Below are positions 40,431-53,780 of a DNA stretch of 64,000 nt, in pieces. The notes below the pieces were generated by a model. It made no database searches. It was not told where the DNA came from and saw only the letters and a list, made by a program, of their open reading frames with translations. Source of the DNA: Rhynchobatus australiae (lineage: Eukaryota); the NCBI GenBank assembly GCA_034780895.1, contig JAUZTB010000027.1, positions 37,163,681-37,227,680 of the forward strand, given 5' to 3'. Each line of letters begins with the position of its first letter. The first letter of the stretch is position 1. A program made the translations under genes and the position numbers.

Positions 40431-40493
40431 AAACAGAATATTTTTCTGAAGTTTTATCACTAGTTTCAATACAAAACATCCTAAAATCAAGTA

Positions 40494-41018
40494 CAGTAAA
40501 ATTCTAGTAATCCAGCATCCAATTGTAAATCCCAATGGTTCAGCATCTAGCTCACTGATTTGTACACCAAATACTTGTTATCTGCAAACTTACTATCCAC
40601 AGACCTGCATATTCATAAGGCTGGCCAGATGTTAACAAGGAGTGTGGATGAGGTGTGCAGCCATAGCTGAGGTCAGAGTCGGACACACCCAAGGTCAGGA
40701 ACATGGATAGGTTTGTGGCTGGACCTGGGGCCCAGAGATTGGGCCAGTTGTGCTGTCAGAATCTGGGTCTAGAGTGCTTGCATAAAGGCTGAAGCTCATT
40801 GGGTCCTGTTTCCATGCTTCCTTTAAATTTATCAGCCATGTTTCCTGTTCACTTTAAGTTCATTCTGTTCACTGAAAAATTTACTATTTTGCTGTATAAT
40901 AAGTAAAGAAAGTGAAATAAAAGTATGGTGTGGTAAAAAGAGTAACATCCAATTGTCTGGATCTACTGATCCAGCACCAGCAAGGTTCCAAGGGTGACAG
41001 ATTATCAGAGTTTTAATA
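40494..41018. mobile_element. Tc1/mariner (Tigger/pogo-like) MITE
   Basis: TA-flanked imperfect TIRs: ta|cagtaaaattctagtaatcc ... agattatcagagttttaata|ta. Confidence 0.55.
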
Positions 41019-41364
41019 TATAAGCATGTGTTAATTGTAAGGTGAACTGTTGCAGTGTCTTAACCTTGTACTTAGAATAACTATAATTTTTCTATCCCTA
41101 CCCTTTCCAACCATTCAATGAGGTGGGAAATTACCCACAATAATGGACAACTTATTACTGGAAGCACCAGCATCAAAGTAAAGAAGTTCAAACTGCCCAA
41201 ATTCCTTCATAAAACACTCTCAGGTCAATTCATTTTCTACCATTATGATCCTTTATCACAGAGCTGAAAAGACTAGATAATATTGCAAAGTTCAGTATAA
41301 TTATTACCTTGAATAAGGAATAGTCATTGCAAAATGTTGTAATAAAATGTGTAAGTACTCCTAC

Positions 41365-41600
41365 CTCAATGGGTCCAATTTGTAAATCAATCTCAATCTG
41401 TTTTTCTCGTATCTCTTTCAAAGAACTCACAATTATTCTAATATCATCCAGATCATTGACTGGGCGATTTAATTTCTTTGAAGTATCTTCTATGAAGATC
41501 AAGATATTTTCCAGGTTTGTTCTATATTTTTCATTGCAGTTTTGAGAAAACGCAGTCATCCAGGCTCTGCATTCTTCCATCAAGGCTACCTTCAAGTCAT
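41365..41600 (-). CDS. DNAH5: DNAH5-like exon (~ex24), 236 bp, ...[15 protein letters not shown]...GPIE
   Basis: ORF 41230-41595; conserved L.RP..DLDDIR motif. Confidence 0.95.
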
Positions 41601-41999
41601 CTGTTTAAAAAATAATGACACTCTGAGTACTTATGCAGAGAGTCTCCTCGTCACACATCATCAGCCACAGATGAAAACTATTGTTAATATTTTCCAAGAG
41701 TGTGTCAANNNNNNNNNNNNNNNNNNNNNNNNNNNNNNNNNNNNNNNNTTTCAACAATTCAGTAAAAATTTAGGGGATCACTGCTGGGAGCAAATCAATA
41801 TTAAACAAGAAATAAATTTAATGCTCATCTTTCTACATAGAGCCTTTACAAGTAAATGAAAAGTATGTTTTGAGCAACACTGATTGTTTAAAGGGTTCTC
41901 CAAATAATATTATTTTAGCCAATATTTTCAGTTTTAAATTATTTTACCTTTCCAAAGATCATAGTGTTTAATCTTGTAAATGAAGCTCTGGAAATGTAC

Positions 42000-42201
42000 C
42001 TGCATACAGTGCAAAAGGACCCATACAAATAACTCTGGGTTCAGCTTGAATCTGGACCTGCAGATTGCGATAAAACTTGATTTGGAACTCGAGTTCAGAG
42101 AGTGAAGGGTTTTCCTTCATAAACTCTTTGAGAGTTGTTTCACGATCGTTCTTCCAGATACAACTATAGCTGCTCAATTTCTCCAAAACTTCTTGTAGGT
42201 C
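42000..42201 (-). CDS. DNAH5: DNAH5-like exon (~ex23), 202 bp
   Basis: ORF 41968-42186 (IWKNDRE...NPSLSELEFQI); canonical splice sites. Confidence 0.92.
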
Positions 42202-43489
42202 CTAGCGCAGGAACAGACAAAGCAAGAACTTCAGAATTTTAATTATATTGGAATGTTGAGTGAACTTTCATGGTTTTAGTATTTTCACTGAAGCAAGGAA
42301 TGATACCACACAGAAGGCCCAGCTTTTTGGAAGCTCTGTTCAATTCATCCTAATCCTCCATGGTCTTCCCAAATTTTCTCCTTCCATTTGTAAGTCATTA
42401 TTGAACCCATTTCCACCACCTTTTCAGGCAGTGCATTCCAGATCATAACTTACTGAATACTGTTTTTGTCACTTTAGTCAATAATATAAAATTGGATTAC
42501 ATATAGAAAAGAACATGCAAACCTCAAACAATGAATGCTACCCATTATTATGCAAGTTTTTGTTAAATCTGTTCAGCATTTGACCTTTGCAGGAAATGAA
42601 CAAAACAGATTTTTGCTAGTCTGTGTCTTNNNNNNNNNNNNNNNNNNNNNNNNNNNNNNNNNNNNNNNNNNNNNNNNNNNNNNNNNNNNNNNNNNNNNNN
42701 NNNNNNNNNNNNNNNNNNNNNNNNNNNNNNNNNNNNNNNNNNNNNNNNNGCAGTAAGAAGTGCCCCTGTTACCACTTTTCCTCTCACAGGATGCCAGTCT
42801 TCATTACGGTACTCTACTTGTTCTGGCCACGATCTGGTGAAACATGTTAGCTTCACCACTTGAAGCTGGGATTCAAGTACAAACACTGGAAATGAGAACA
42901 CTTTCATATGTTTCAGAAATGGCAATGAAAACATCGTTCAAGCTCCGAAAAGGTATAATGATCAACTATCTTACAAATATTCACTATGTGTTCCTCCTCC
43001 CAGAAACGATCTGTTTGGTTCTAAAATTAAAATCTGACCCAAACCTTTCATGACCACAGCCAATCGGAACCTGATCTGAGTCTGAGGACTTGTCATTTTT
43101 TTTGATACCCATCTTGATGCCACTCCTGCTTGGACATACAGCATGTAGCACATGCCTATTCTATCCAGCATTGCAGGGCCTCCAATATAGCCTTTTATAA
43201 TAAATAATTGTGTTTATTTATTTACAAAATAATATATTTATAGAATCCTGAGCATTACTTCATTAATTTATAGAGCTGGCTCAACCCAATCGACCTGAGT
43301 CTGACAACTCTTTCGAACCGACGAGGGTCAGACCAGTAGTAAGTTTTTGCTTCCCACTGTTTTAACAGTTTATTAACCACTGGAAGTAAACAAATGATTC
43401 ATTATAATTACAGAGAGTGCAACAAGGTAAGAACTCATTTAAGCATTACTATAAAATTAACTCAGTAAAATCCAGGCTAATTAGCTTAC

Positions 43490-43608
43490 CTTTCTAAATG
43501 AGATGATGGATGATGAAATAAGAGAAATTAGCTTAATTATCTCTTTATTTTCTGATATTATTTTGTAGTAATTATTAGTCTGGGTGTAGACAGCAACAGT
43601 ATCTGCAC
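43490..43608 (-). CDS. DNAH5: DNAH5-like exon (~ex22), 119 bp, ...TNNYYKIISENKEIIKLISLISSSIISFRK
   Basis: ORF 43481-43762; NYYK..SENKEI.KL motif. Confidence 0.9.
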
Positions 43609-44750
43609 CTGAAATGAAGATGATACATTTCAACTGCGCTTTATTAGAAAAAAAAAGGCCCATATTACTGTTCATTGAAGTGAAACACAATAAACTTCCA
43701 TCTTCCAAAAGAAGCCTCATTGTGAATATAAAATTAACTGATTTATCTGAACAATTGGACATGCATTTTCCCCAACATAATCTCAGCTCTCTCCTTCCCC
43801 TTCACAGTGGAACTCTCCCAACAATTCAAAAAAGGCTTTCACCTTCTTTTCTTCAGCTTTTCTTTGTCTGCCATCACCTTCTAGTTGTCACCTTTACAGC
43901 CCCCTCACTTTTACAGATTCCTTCTTCATCCCACCTCATTCATTTAGTCATTCAGCTCTCTTCCAAAGGCTGTGTGGTAAATTAGAGTTGATGACTTTTG
44001 GAGAGGTACATTGAGCACACATATTATCCACATTGGTGCTTGCCAGCACCTCTTAGTCATTACTGGGGGTGGTCCAATGATGGGGAGGAGGTGAAACAAA
44101 GTCCTGCGTTNNNNNNNNNNNNNNNNNNNNNNNNNNNNNNNNNNNNNNNNNNNNNNNNNNNNNNNNNNNNNNNNNNNNNNNNNNNNNNNNNNNNNNNNNN
44201 NNNNNNNNNNNNNNNNNNNNNNNNNNNNNNNNNNNNNNNNNNNNNNNNNNNNNNNNNNNNNNNNNNNNNNNNNNNNNNNNNNNNNNNNNNNNNNNNNNNN
44301 NNNNNNNNNNNNNNNNNNNNNNNNNNNNNNNNNNNNNNNNNNNNNNNNNNNNNNNNNNNNNNNNNNNNNNNNNNNNNNNNNNNNNNNNNNNNNNNNNNNN
44401 NNNNNNNNNNNNNNNNNNNNNNNNNNNNNNNNNNNNNNNNNNNNNNNNNNNNNNNNNNNNNNNNNNNNNNNNNNNNNNNNNNNNNNNNNNNNNNNNNNNN
44501 NNNNNNNNNNNNNNNNNNNNNNNNNNNNNNNNNNNNNNNNNNNNNNNNNNNNNNNNNNNNNNNNNNNNNNNNNNNNNNNNNNNNNNNNNNNNNNNNNNNN
44601 NNNNNNNNNNNNNNNNNNNNNNNNNNNNNNNNNNNNNNNNNNNNNNNNNNNNNNNNNNNNNNNNNNNNNNNNNNNNNNNNNNNNNNNNNNNNNNNNNNNN
44701 NNNNNNNNNNNNNNNNNNNNNNNNNNNNNNNNNNNNNNNNNNNNNNNNNN

Positions 44751-44962
44751 AGAGTGTTCTGGGGGCAGGCTGCAAGTGTCGCCACGCTTCCGGCGCCAAC
44801 AGAGCATGCCCACAACTTCCTAACCCGTACGTCTTTGGAATGTGGGAGAAAACTGGAGCACCTGGAGGAAACCCACGCAGACATGGGGAGAAAGTACAAA
44901 CTCCTTACAGACAGCAGCAGGAATTGAACCCGGATCGCTGGCGCCCTAATAGCGTTACACTC
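44751..44962 (-). mobile_element. V-SINE (HE1-like), relatively young copy truncated by a gap
   Basis: CpG-retaining V-domain and reverse B-box (gaattgaacccgg). Confidence 0.85.
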
Positions 44963-45503
44963 GCTGCTCACAAGTACACATCCTATTCTTGATGCTTTTC
45001 CAAATTTCAGCCCAGGTTTCAACTTCCAATCCATACTATTGCTTCACTCTGGGAGGAGACTCTAAAGACGCACTGTTCTCATCAGCTTCATGATGCCTAA
45101 TCTTGCGTGCAAAACCATTGAAAAACTGCTCCCAATTTCTGTCCATTCACTTGAGAGGACGAAAATCTCTGAGTAGCTTCTGCCCCATCTTACATTCAGG
45201 ATTTCTTCCCAGTTAATGGTAAGGAAAATCCAATAAGCACTAGATGCCATTTGCAATCAGTTGGAAACTCCTGTAAAAGTCAGGAATTCTGATGCACGTC
45301 ATGCACATAGTTCATTCCTGAACTGAAATTACCAGTTTACAGCACAAATTAGAGCCAACTCTTGGATTGAGAAAGAGCATTTTAAAAAACAAGTTAGCAG
45401 ATTTCTCCCAGCCTGGTCCCTTATGTCAGCAAATTCATTACATTCATGGCTTACTTGATTCACTTGATGTATAAACCTGACACTCATGGGTGATGAAACT
45501 TAC

Positions 45504-45606
45504 CTGATCGATCGGCTTCAGCAGGATCTACAACAGCATTAATGAAAGGGTCACTCTGTTTATCACCTCTCTGTAGTTCAGCCATTCTCTGAGCATTCAT
45601 TTTTTT
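45504..45606 (-). CDS. DNAH5: DNAH5-like exon (~ex21), 103 bp, KKMNAQRMAELQRGDKQSDPFINAVVDPAEADRS
   Basis: Open frame with TTACAG acceptor and GTAAGT donor; phases 0/1 bridge the neighbouring exons; weak similarity to the human KKIQERKMAALQ segment. Confidence 0.75.
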
Positions 45607-46002
45607 CTGTAAGTGAAATTAATGGTATTTGTTTGAACCTTCTCAATTGGTTTGTTTCAAGAATGCTTATCATATTTGCTCAGGTAGTTTTTGAGGCACA
45701 GTATTCCTGATAATTCACTCTTATCACATTAAGAAATTGGAGTTTCCTTAACACTCTGCCTTATCACCATTGACAGCTCAATGTCAGTATCTACATCATT
45801 GAACTCCCAAAGCTCAATTGGAAGCTTATAAATGTTCACTTCAACTTTTTACAGTAGTTTTTTTATAAAAGAGAATGGAGAAAAAGTAGAATTCAAGTGT
45901 TTGGAGAGATAATATCACAGCTTACAATGAATTCCCAATTTCTGTTGCATTGCCCAACTTCATGACACATTAGCCAAAGATCAGGATATCTATAATACAT
46001 AC

Positions 46003-46134
46003 CCTTGTCATCCTTTTCTTTCCCCACACAGACAACCCCTTGGAAACATTGATAATGCAGTCACAAGCTTTATTCAAAGTGCTCTGGGTTTCTTCCAGGC
46101 TGGGATGCAGCTCAATATTAGGACTGACAAGACA
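46003..46134 (-). CDS. DNAH5: DNAH5-like exon (~ex20), 3' part only; 5' part lost in N-gap. ...PNIELHPSLEETQSTLNKACDCIINVSKGLSVWGKKRMTR
   Basis: Manual translation matches PNI...P.LE..Q..LNKA; GTATG donor. Confidence 0.88.
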
Positions 46135-48415
46135 NNNNNNNNNNNNNNNNNNNNNNNNNNNNNNNNNNNNNNNNNNNNNNNNNNNNNNNNNNNNNNNNNN
46201 NNNNNNNNNNNNNNNNNNNNNNNNNNNNNNNNNNNNNNNNNNNNNNNNNNNNNNNNNNNNNNNNNNNNNNNNNNNNNNNNNNNNNNNNNNNNNNNNNNNN
46301 NNNNNNNNNNNNNNNNNNNNNNNNNNNNNNNNNNNNNNNNNNNNNNNNNNNNNNNNNNNNNNNNNNNNNNNNNNNNNNNNNNNNNNNNNNNNNNNNNNNN
46401 NNNNNNNNNNNNNNNNNNNNNNNNNNNNNNNNNNNNNNNNNNNNNNNNNNNNNNNNNNNNNNNNNNNNNNNNNNNNNNNNNNNNNNNNNNNNNNNNNNNN
46501 NNNNNNNNNNNNNNNNNNNNNNNNNNNNNNNNNNNNNNNNNNNNNNNNNNNNNNNNNNNNNNNNNNNNNNNNNNNNNNNNNNNNNNNNNNNNNNNNNNNN
46601 NNNNNNNNNNNNNNNNNNNNNNNNNNNNNNNNNNNNNNNNNNNNNNNNNNNNNNNNNNNNNNNNNNNNNNNNNNNNNNNNNNNNNNNNNNNNNNNNNNNN
46701 NNNNNNNNNNNNNNNNNNNNNNNNNNNNNNNNNTCTTAACAGATCCAGATCTCCTCTGATGTCAGTTCCATTAAGACAAAGTTGGCCTTTCAGCATATTA
46801 TACCAATGTTAAGCTCATTGAAAGTATCATCTAGTGAGTCCCACTCCCTGGCTCTTTGCCACATGTTGCCAAAACATTTTCCACTATTTATCCAGTTCCC
46901 TTATGTAAAGTCCTATTGATTTGCTTCCACTTTATCACCATTGATGGTTTTCTCGCAAAGTGGGGAAGACAGTGTATTGACTCAGCAACAATGAAGAAAC
47001 AGTGAAAAGATACACCAGCGATAGTGTGTGACTTGGAGTGGAGATCAGAGGAGATAGTGTTCCCATCATATATATTATCCTTCTAGCTGCTGATAAAGAT
47101 CTTGGGTTTAGTAGGTGATATCTATTTAAATCTAGTGCAGTGCTGTGACTCAAGGGTATGATGAGGTCAGAAGATGGGTGTTTCTGGGGGAGTCTGACTT
47201 GAGCATGATATTAGTGAATAGGTATTAGTTGATGGTACTTTTGATGACTTTCCACTATCTTGCTGATGATTTGGAGGAAGCAGAAGGGGTGGGTTACACT
47301 AATCGTGTTGTATGTGGATGGAAGATACTGAGCAATAGATGCATAGATGTCAATGTCACAGCTGCACTGGAATAAATTAGTTAGAGAGCTGTTTAGTTCA
47401 CAGTCATGTGCAGTAAAATAGCCCTAAGATGTGTCAATGTCTTGAGAACAAAATAAATCTTAATAAACAGCACTAATACTGTTTGTCTCCTTTATTTTTT
47501 TTTACAAGACCTGGCCTTTCTGAATTCATACCAACTTGAAAATATAGATTGTAATTAATCGGACAATGGCAATCAGTGATTTAATTAAATATTTCCTGTA
47601 TTTATTATGGTTCAATCTCACATAGCAATTCAATTCTGTTCAAAGAAATAGTGTAGAATATCCATCCCTTACAAGCATCTATGTAAATAGATTGTTCTGA
47701 ATAGTAATTTACATAACTCCGACAAATCCAAGTATTGATTTTATATCACTAAAATAAATGCTATTATAGTGATTTGGTCTACAAAATTCTGCCTGTATCT
47801 TTCCAAAGGAATGGAATGAATTCAAATACAGCAGATGCAAGTAATCAAAATATACTATTATCATAATTATTGCTAAAATCTATAATGACCACACCAATTC
47901 CATAGAAGTTCATAAACACCAAACTCAGTGCAACTTTCTTAACCAGCAAGCTATGGGCAGGCTGTATAATTCACCATCATTTCTGACAGCTTCCCAACCA
48001 TTTGTAATGAGGACACTTCTAAGAGGGAGCAAATCTTCCTCACCCTCAGACTGAGCACACAACCACTACGAGGTGTTCCATCCAGGGAGCCAGAGAAACC
48101 CACAAAATGAAGACCAATTAATAATAGTCAAGACTGGTTTCAAACCATCAGTCCTACCTGTTCAAATCTGGTATTTCTTCCAACGGTTTTTTAACAGTCA
48201 GTCCCAATTATAACTTCCAACAATTCTGGATAAACAATCTTTAAATGTCACACTTTCCAACTCACTAATTCAACCTTCAGGGTTTTACACTTTGCATTAG
48301 AGAATGCTTAACTAACTGAACTATTCACATTAAAAAAATTAATTATACACTGCAAGCTGACAAGAGAATATTGTTAGAGACCATAAAGTATAAATGATGG
48401 ACCTCAGATTCATAC

Positions 48416-48646
48416 CCTGATAATGGACCATGGATGAAGTCTGCATGCATTTTCTCAGCATCTCCAGGGCATTGCGGATAACCTTAATGAGAGCTTCCAG
48501 GTTACGATGGCTGAAGTGAATGAGTAATTCTTTTGCCTCTTGCTTCAGAAAATTGGGGTCTTGTGGACTCTTTGCTGCTGAGGTTGAGCGAGCATCTGGG
48601 AAAAGGACTACTCTGGACTGCAGAGGTGTTTTTGTTTCTTCGGTTT
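48416..48646 (-). CDS. DNAH5: DNAH5-like exon (~ex19), ...KQEAKELLIHFSHRNLEALIKVIRNALEMLRK...; acceptor uncertain (48646 or 48595)
   Basis: ORF 48339-48653; EA.ELL.HF.H.N..AL.KV.RN.LE motif; GTATG donor. Confidence 0.85.
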
Positions 48647-48729
48647 CTGTCACAAAGGGTAAAATGTTGTAATTATCACCAGTTAAATCAATACAAATCT
48701 CCTATTCTTCAAATCCAACTATAATTTCC

Positions 48730-49555
48730 ATTATATACCACACTTAACACAGCAAATACATTCCAAGGTGTCTCACAGGAGTGCTCACAAAAATTGATAC
48801 TGAGTCACATAAGGACCACTTGACCAAAAGCTCAGCCAGAGATATAGGTTTTAAAGACCATCTTACAGGAGAAAGAGATAGAGAGGCAAAGAGATTTAGG
48901 AAGGAAATTCAAGAGTTTAAAATCTTGAAAAGCCAAAACCAAAGCCATCGTGGGAGAAGGGTTTATATTTGGGAATGCTTAAGAAAACTGGAAGAAGGAG
49001 ATGTCTGGAGTCGGAAGAGATTAAAGAAATAGGGATGGCAATGGCCGTAAAAGGGTTTGAAATTTTAAGACAGATCATTGCCTTAATAGATGCTTAATTA
49101 AGTATGATGTATGAATAGAACTTGGTGCAAGTTAGAGCATGAGCAGTAGAGTTTTGGCTGATCTCATTTATAGAAAAGAAATAATGGCCAGGAATGGACT
49201 GAAGTTGTCTCAAGTGTTGTGGAAATAAAGATATGGCTGAGGGTTTCAGCAGCAGATGAGCCGAGGCAGAGTTAGGGTGATGCTACATTGGTAAAAATAT
49301 GCAATCATAGTGGTGAACATCTCAAGCAACTCATCCTGTGGTCAAATTGCAAACAGGTCCTACTCAGATTCAAACTTCCCAAAGGGAAAGATGAAGTCAG
49401 TTATTGGGGTACAACATTTGTGGTGGAGACCAAAAGACAATGGCTTAAGTTTTCCTTAAAAATAGATGGAGGACATATCTTCCATGTAAAACCTGATTTT
49501 AGGCAAGCAGTCTGACAATTTCAGCTGAGTGGAGGAGTTGGTTCTCAAATGCAGG
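48730..49555 (-). mobile_element. Old L2-type LINE relic
   Basis: Purine-rich reverse-strand pattern starting with an L2-like tail; no intact ORF. Confidence 0.4.
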
Positions 49556-50229
49556 TTGACACTGAAGGTTTCTATGTGTGATGAGCACCAAATATCACAG
49601 TTACCATAAACAGGAAAATTAAAATCATAGTAAAATTCTCCTATCTCCTTCCTGGCAATCAAAAGTTTCAGAATATCAGATGTCACAATTCATCCTCCTA
49701 CATAACTGGGTTTACTTTTCCAGTTGGTTCCTTGCTTGCTAATTTCATTATTAGCTTTGCAGCATTATTATCATTATTGGCAAGTCCCCAGCAAAATCAA
49801 AACTGTCAGAAGGGATTTTTATTCAATATATTTTGGCAATCATGTCAAAATGGTACAATTAAATTTAAATACAAGGAGGTTTATAACATTCTACATGATA
49901 AACCATTTAAAAAATCTGGTAAATTCCTAATGCCAAATCATACAATCCAATAATGTCACTTTCATTAAAGTATGTTTTATATCAGATGAATGACTTTGTA
50001 TCCAACCCAATCTCCTGCAGCGATACTCCACTATTCTCATTAAGAACAATAGGAGAGGAATATTCATATGTGACTGCGACCAACCTGTGAACTTCAGGTG
50101 TAGCTACAAGTTTTTTTCATATTAATATGAAAATATAAATGTGTAAACAATAAAATATGAATCAATGATATGGGAATATTAATTCTTATGAGGAGAACAG
50201 GTATGAGGTTCTTTCCAGTGTTCCCATAC

Positions 50230-50348
50230 CTTCTATGTCATTTTCATCATCAGAATCCACATCATAAAGCATATTAATGAGTTCATTGGTTGCTGCTTCC
50301 ACCAGCATACTCTTACATTNNNNNNNNNNCTCCTTTGGTGCAGATATC
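50230..50348 (-). CDS. DNAH5: DNAH5-like exon (~ex18), interrupted by a 10-N gap: DICTKG..CKSMLVEAATNELINML...DIEG
   Basis: KS.LVE.A.NEL.NML motif; the frames on either side of the gap imply about 12 missing nt. Confidence 0.85.
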
Positions 50349-51685
50349 CTGTTAGAAAATAGATGGCACTTGATATTTAAAATCGTTTCATTTCCTTCTA
50401 AAATAAATTTGTTAACAATATATGTGCATGCACTGACGACAACTATGTCAACATAAAGTGAAAAAAAAGAGAAAATGTGTGAATTGACTAATTTCCACAA
50501 TATATCTACATGATATCTTTTCAACAATTGCCAGGGCTTTCCTATGACTCTGGTCTTTTAACACATTGAATGTAATCCTCATCCCTACCCTTCACATAAC
50601 ATTACATTCCAGAAATCCCTCTTAAATATCCCAGACTCTCCACTTCCTCTTTTTCTGTACAGTCCACAAATCAATTATTCTTGGGGTTGATTTTTTGGCT
50701 CATTTCTGTGAAATGTGTTTGGATTTTTGCCTCTTTATTTTGATGTTAAAGTGTGCTGTTTAAATTCAAGTTTTCTTATGAAATAACTTGCACTTATAAC
50801 CCATCAGTTGGCAGAATCATCTGGATTATCCCACAGATCCTGAAGGTAGGAATGCCTGTTGCTACGTGTATTCAAAGCAGCCACTTTATAAACAGTTAAT
50901 TCCTATAAATGTTGACATACTAGGGGAACTAACTGTTCGTAAAACGGTGATGATAAGCCTACTTTTCATGACATTGGTTGCAGCAGGAAATTTCAAAGGA
51001 CATTGGCAATAATACAGAAAGCCACAGAGCAATCAGTTTTGGAGGACAGAAAGAAGAATCTCAGTGGTTAAAAGCCAAAAGTTAGTAGTGGAAAACAAGA
51101 ACTTCAGGACCCCAGTGCTAACATCATAAAACCACAACAGCAGAACACTGCTATTTTATGTCCATAGCTATAATTTGAACTAATTAAGGGACAGAGCATT
51201 AAATAACTGGGAGCCCCTTCATTCCTCTCACTTATTTCTGTTCACATTTCAACCAGTTTTGTTTATGAAAAATAGTATCATATTTGTACGTATTTGATGC
51301 CACTGTGTGCTGCCATCTCTCGGTGTTTAAAAACCAGAAGAATATTTTTACCTTTCACACTGAACAATAACGTTGAGCTCTCCTACCTCAAGAACATCTG
51401 ATGTTCAGAGTTTCCCTTAGTGTATCGAAGTCAATAAAGTAACAACTTTTCAGTTAATTCTGAGAATACACCCATAAAAACTGGAGGATTGTTTTTTAGG
51501 ATTGGATTTTCTACTCATTAATAGTAATGAGACACCTCTCAACTGTGTATTTTTTACAACTTTAACAATATGGGACTATCAAGCAGGGTAACAAGAAAGT
51601 AAATTACATTATAGAATATAAATTCATACAGTTTCACCTCTGGGCTTTGTTCAATAAGACCCTGGATAATAACATTATGCAGCAC

Positions 51686-51831
51686 CTGTGTGTGTCTTAA
51701 AAACTCCTCACATGTCCAGGGTGCTTCCTCGGGAAATTCACAAAGTGATATGGTACTCATATCCAACAGGATCCGCTCTATACGATATTCCACAAGGTCA
51801 TTTATTCTGTGTATCAGCAAATCAATTTCTC
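51686..51831 (-). CDS. DNAH5: DNAH5-like exon (~ex17), 146 bp, EIDLLIHRINDLVEYRIE...PWTCEEFLRHTQ
   Basis: ORF 51554-51856; canonical splice sites. Confidence 0.92.
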
Positions 51832-52117
51832 CTGTGGAGCAGAAGCATTGGGGCAATTAAAACAAAAGGGACAAAAATCCTTCAAATTATTGGAATTTAT
51901 GCTTTCATGCTGTTCCATCATTTCAAAACCCAGTGCTTGAAAATATTAGAAAAGTACCAGATTATCTTTCTACTTCCATTTAACAACTTGAGTCCATGAA
52001 TTCGGAGGACAGTACCACTTGAGGAATTCTCCTTTTCATTCTATTCACTTCTAGGTGTTTAGTGGATGGCTGAGACAGTATTGCACATTTTATTCTGGCA
52101 TTCAAAAATCAGAAAAA

Positions 52118-52555
52118 CTTACATTAATATAGCACTTTTCACACCCCTTTCAGGAAAAGAAGTGTGCTGGAGCTTATGAATTATTCCTTAATATTCCTTA
52201 AGTGTAGCCATAGTTGTAATCTCCAAAATTCAGGGGCCAAATTGTGGACAGCAAGCTTCCACAATGAGCAAAATGAGTGATCAGATTATCCCTACCAATA
52301 TTGTTGGTTGAGAGATAAATATTGGCCAGGATAGCATAGTTTAATTGCCTGTTTCTATGAAATAGTATGCTGGGATTTTTTGCATCCACCTGAAAGAGCA
52401 GATGGACCCTTGGTATAACATCTTAAATGAAAAAAAAGGCATTTCCAAAAATAGAGCAGCACTCCCTCAGCACTGTACTGGACCATCAGCAAGATCATGA
52501 TGCTCAAATCTTTGGAGTCGGACTGTCTGATTAAGAGGAGATTCACATTGAATCA
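52118..52555 (-). mobile_element. DeuSINE (SacSINE1/AmnSINE1-related)
   Basis: Reverse Deu-domain: ggttgagagataaatattggccagga...atccacctgaaagagcagatgg...gcagcactccctcagcactg. Confidence 0.75.
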
Positions 52556-52629
52556 AAACAGACAGATATAAAATAAACCCTTATATCTAACATAATATAA
52601 CTGTTATGATTTGGAACAGAATTCATTAC

Positions 52630-52801
52630 CTAATTTTGCATACACCTTATCTACAAAATGGTCATTGTTCAATGACGTCCAGTTTAGTGTCACAAGACCT
52701 GGCTGAAAAGCTTCATCAATCTCACACACATGTGGTGCAATAAGGGTTTCATAAACTGGCATAATTCTTCCACGTACTCTGGAGTTTTCTTCCAGTAATA
52801 G
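52630..52801 (-). CDS. DNAH5: DNAH5-like exon (~ex16), 172 bp, LLLEENSRVRG...AFQPGLVTLNWTSLN...
   Basis: Manual translation; PGL..LNWTSLN motif; TTTCAG acceptor and GTAAT donor. Confidence 0.92.
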
Positions 52802-53654
52802 CTGAAAATATCACAAAGAACATTAGGATCTTCAATTCAAAAAATAACATCACAGCAGTTTATATTCCTTANNNNNNNNNNNNNNNNNNNNNNNNNNNNN
52901 NNNNNNNNNNNNNNNNNNNNNNNNNNNNNNNNNNNNNNNNNNNNNNNNNNNNNNNNNNNNNNNNNNNNNNNCAGCAGTTTATATTCCTTAGATACTTTCA
53001 GTATACAGAAGTCTTCCAAGGATACCAATTGGTAGAATTACACTTTAAATGCAACTGAAATCAGGAACACCTAAGCAGCAGTAATTTCGTTGACAGTAAC
53101 AGAAGAATATAGCTTAAATGTGTGACAGACAGACGAAGTAAAATCAATGCATGTCTCTGTTTACATATTGATCTAATTTTGTCCCTCATCCAGGTAAGGA
53201 ACTTCAGTGCTGAAGAAAAAATATTTTGCCTGAGTTTGCTTTCCAGTGTCATTATCAGTTGCAGTACATCCAGACATAGGTTACAAAGTTACAAATCGGT
53301 CCGAACGATGAACTTCAAAACACATGAATTAAATTGAATTCTTGAACAAGCCACTATAATAATTGTCACAAAATTACTAATTTATCCACTGTTCAAATGA
53401 AGATGTTTTAGACATTAGAGGAAATCAAGGTATATGTGGTTAGTGCAGGGAAGTAGAGCGGAGATGAAAGATCAATCATAATCTCACTGAATGGCCAAGT
53501 TAGCACGTGGAACAGAAGGGCCTACCACCACCCCCCCCCCACAAGTTAATGCCTCCATTCCAATTAGTAAAGAAATTTGATACAAATGTATCAAATAACA
53601 TCAGTCATTTTCCACTAATGACTGAGCCACTTGAGTGTTCATGAATCAAAAACA

Positions 53655-53780
53655 GAAAATGCTGACGAACAGTTTCCAACTTGAAATATTAACTCTGTTC
53701 CTCTTTCCACAGATGCTGCCTGACCTGCTGTGTGTTTCCAGAAATTTCATTTTTTGTTTCAGATTTCCAACATCTGTAGT
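53655..53780. repeat. Penelope-derived short repeat
   Basis: cacagatgctgcctgacctgctg.gt.tttccag...ttgtttcagatttcca.catctg. Confidence 0.6.

Noticed and set aside
50005-50103. Possible extra small exon between exons 18 and 19 (TTGTAG acceptor, ~32 open codons)
   Set aside because: There is no convincing phase-compatible donor and no recognisable similarity; it would need RNA-seq support.
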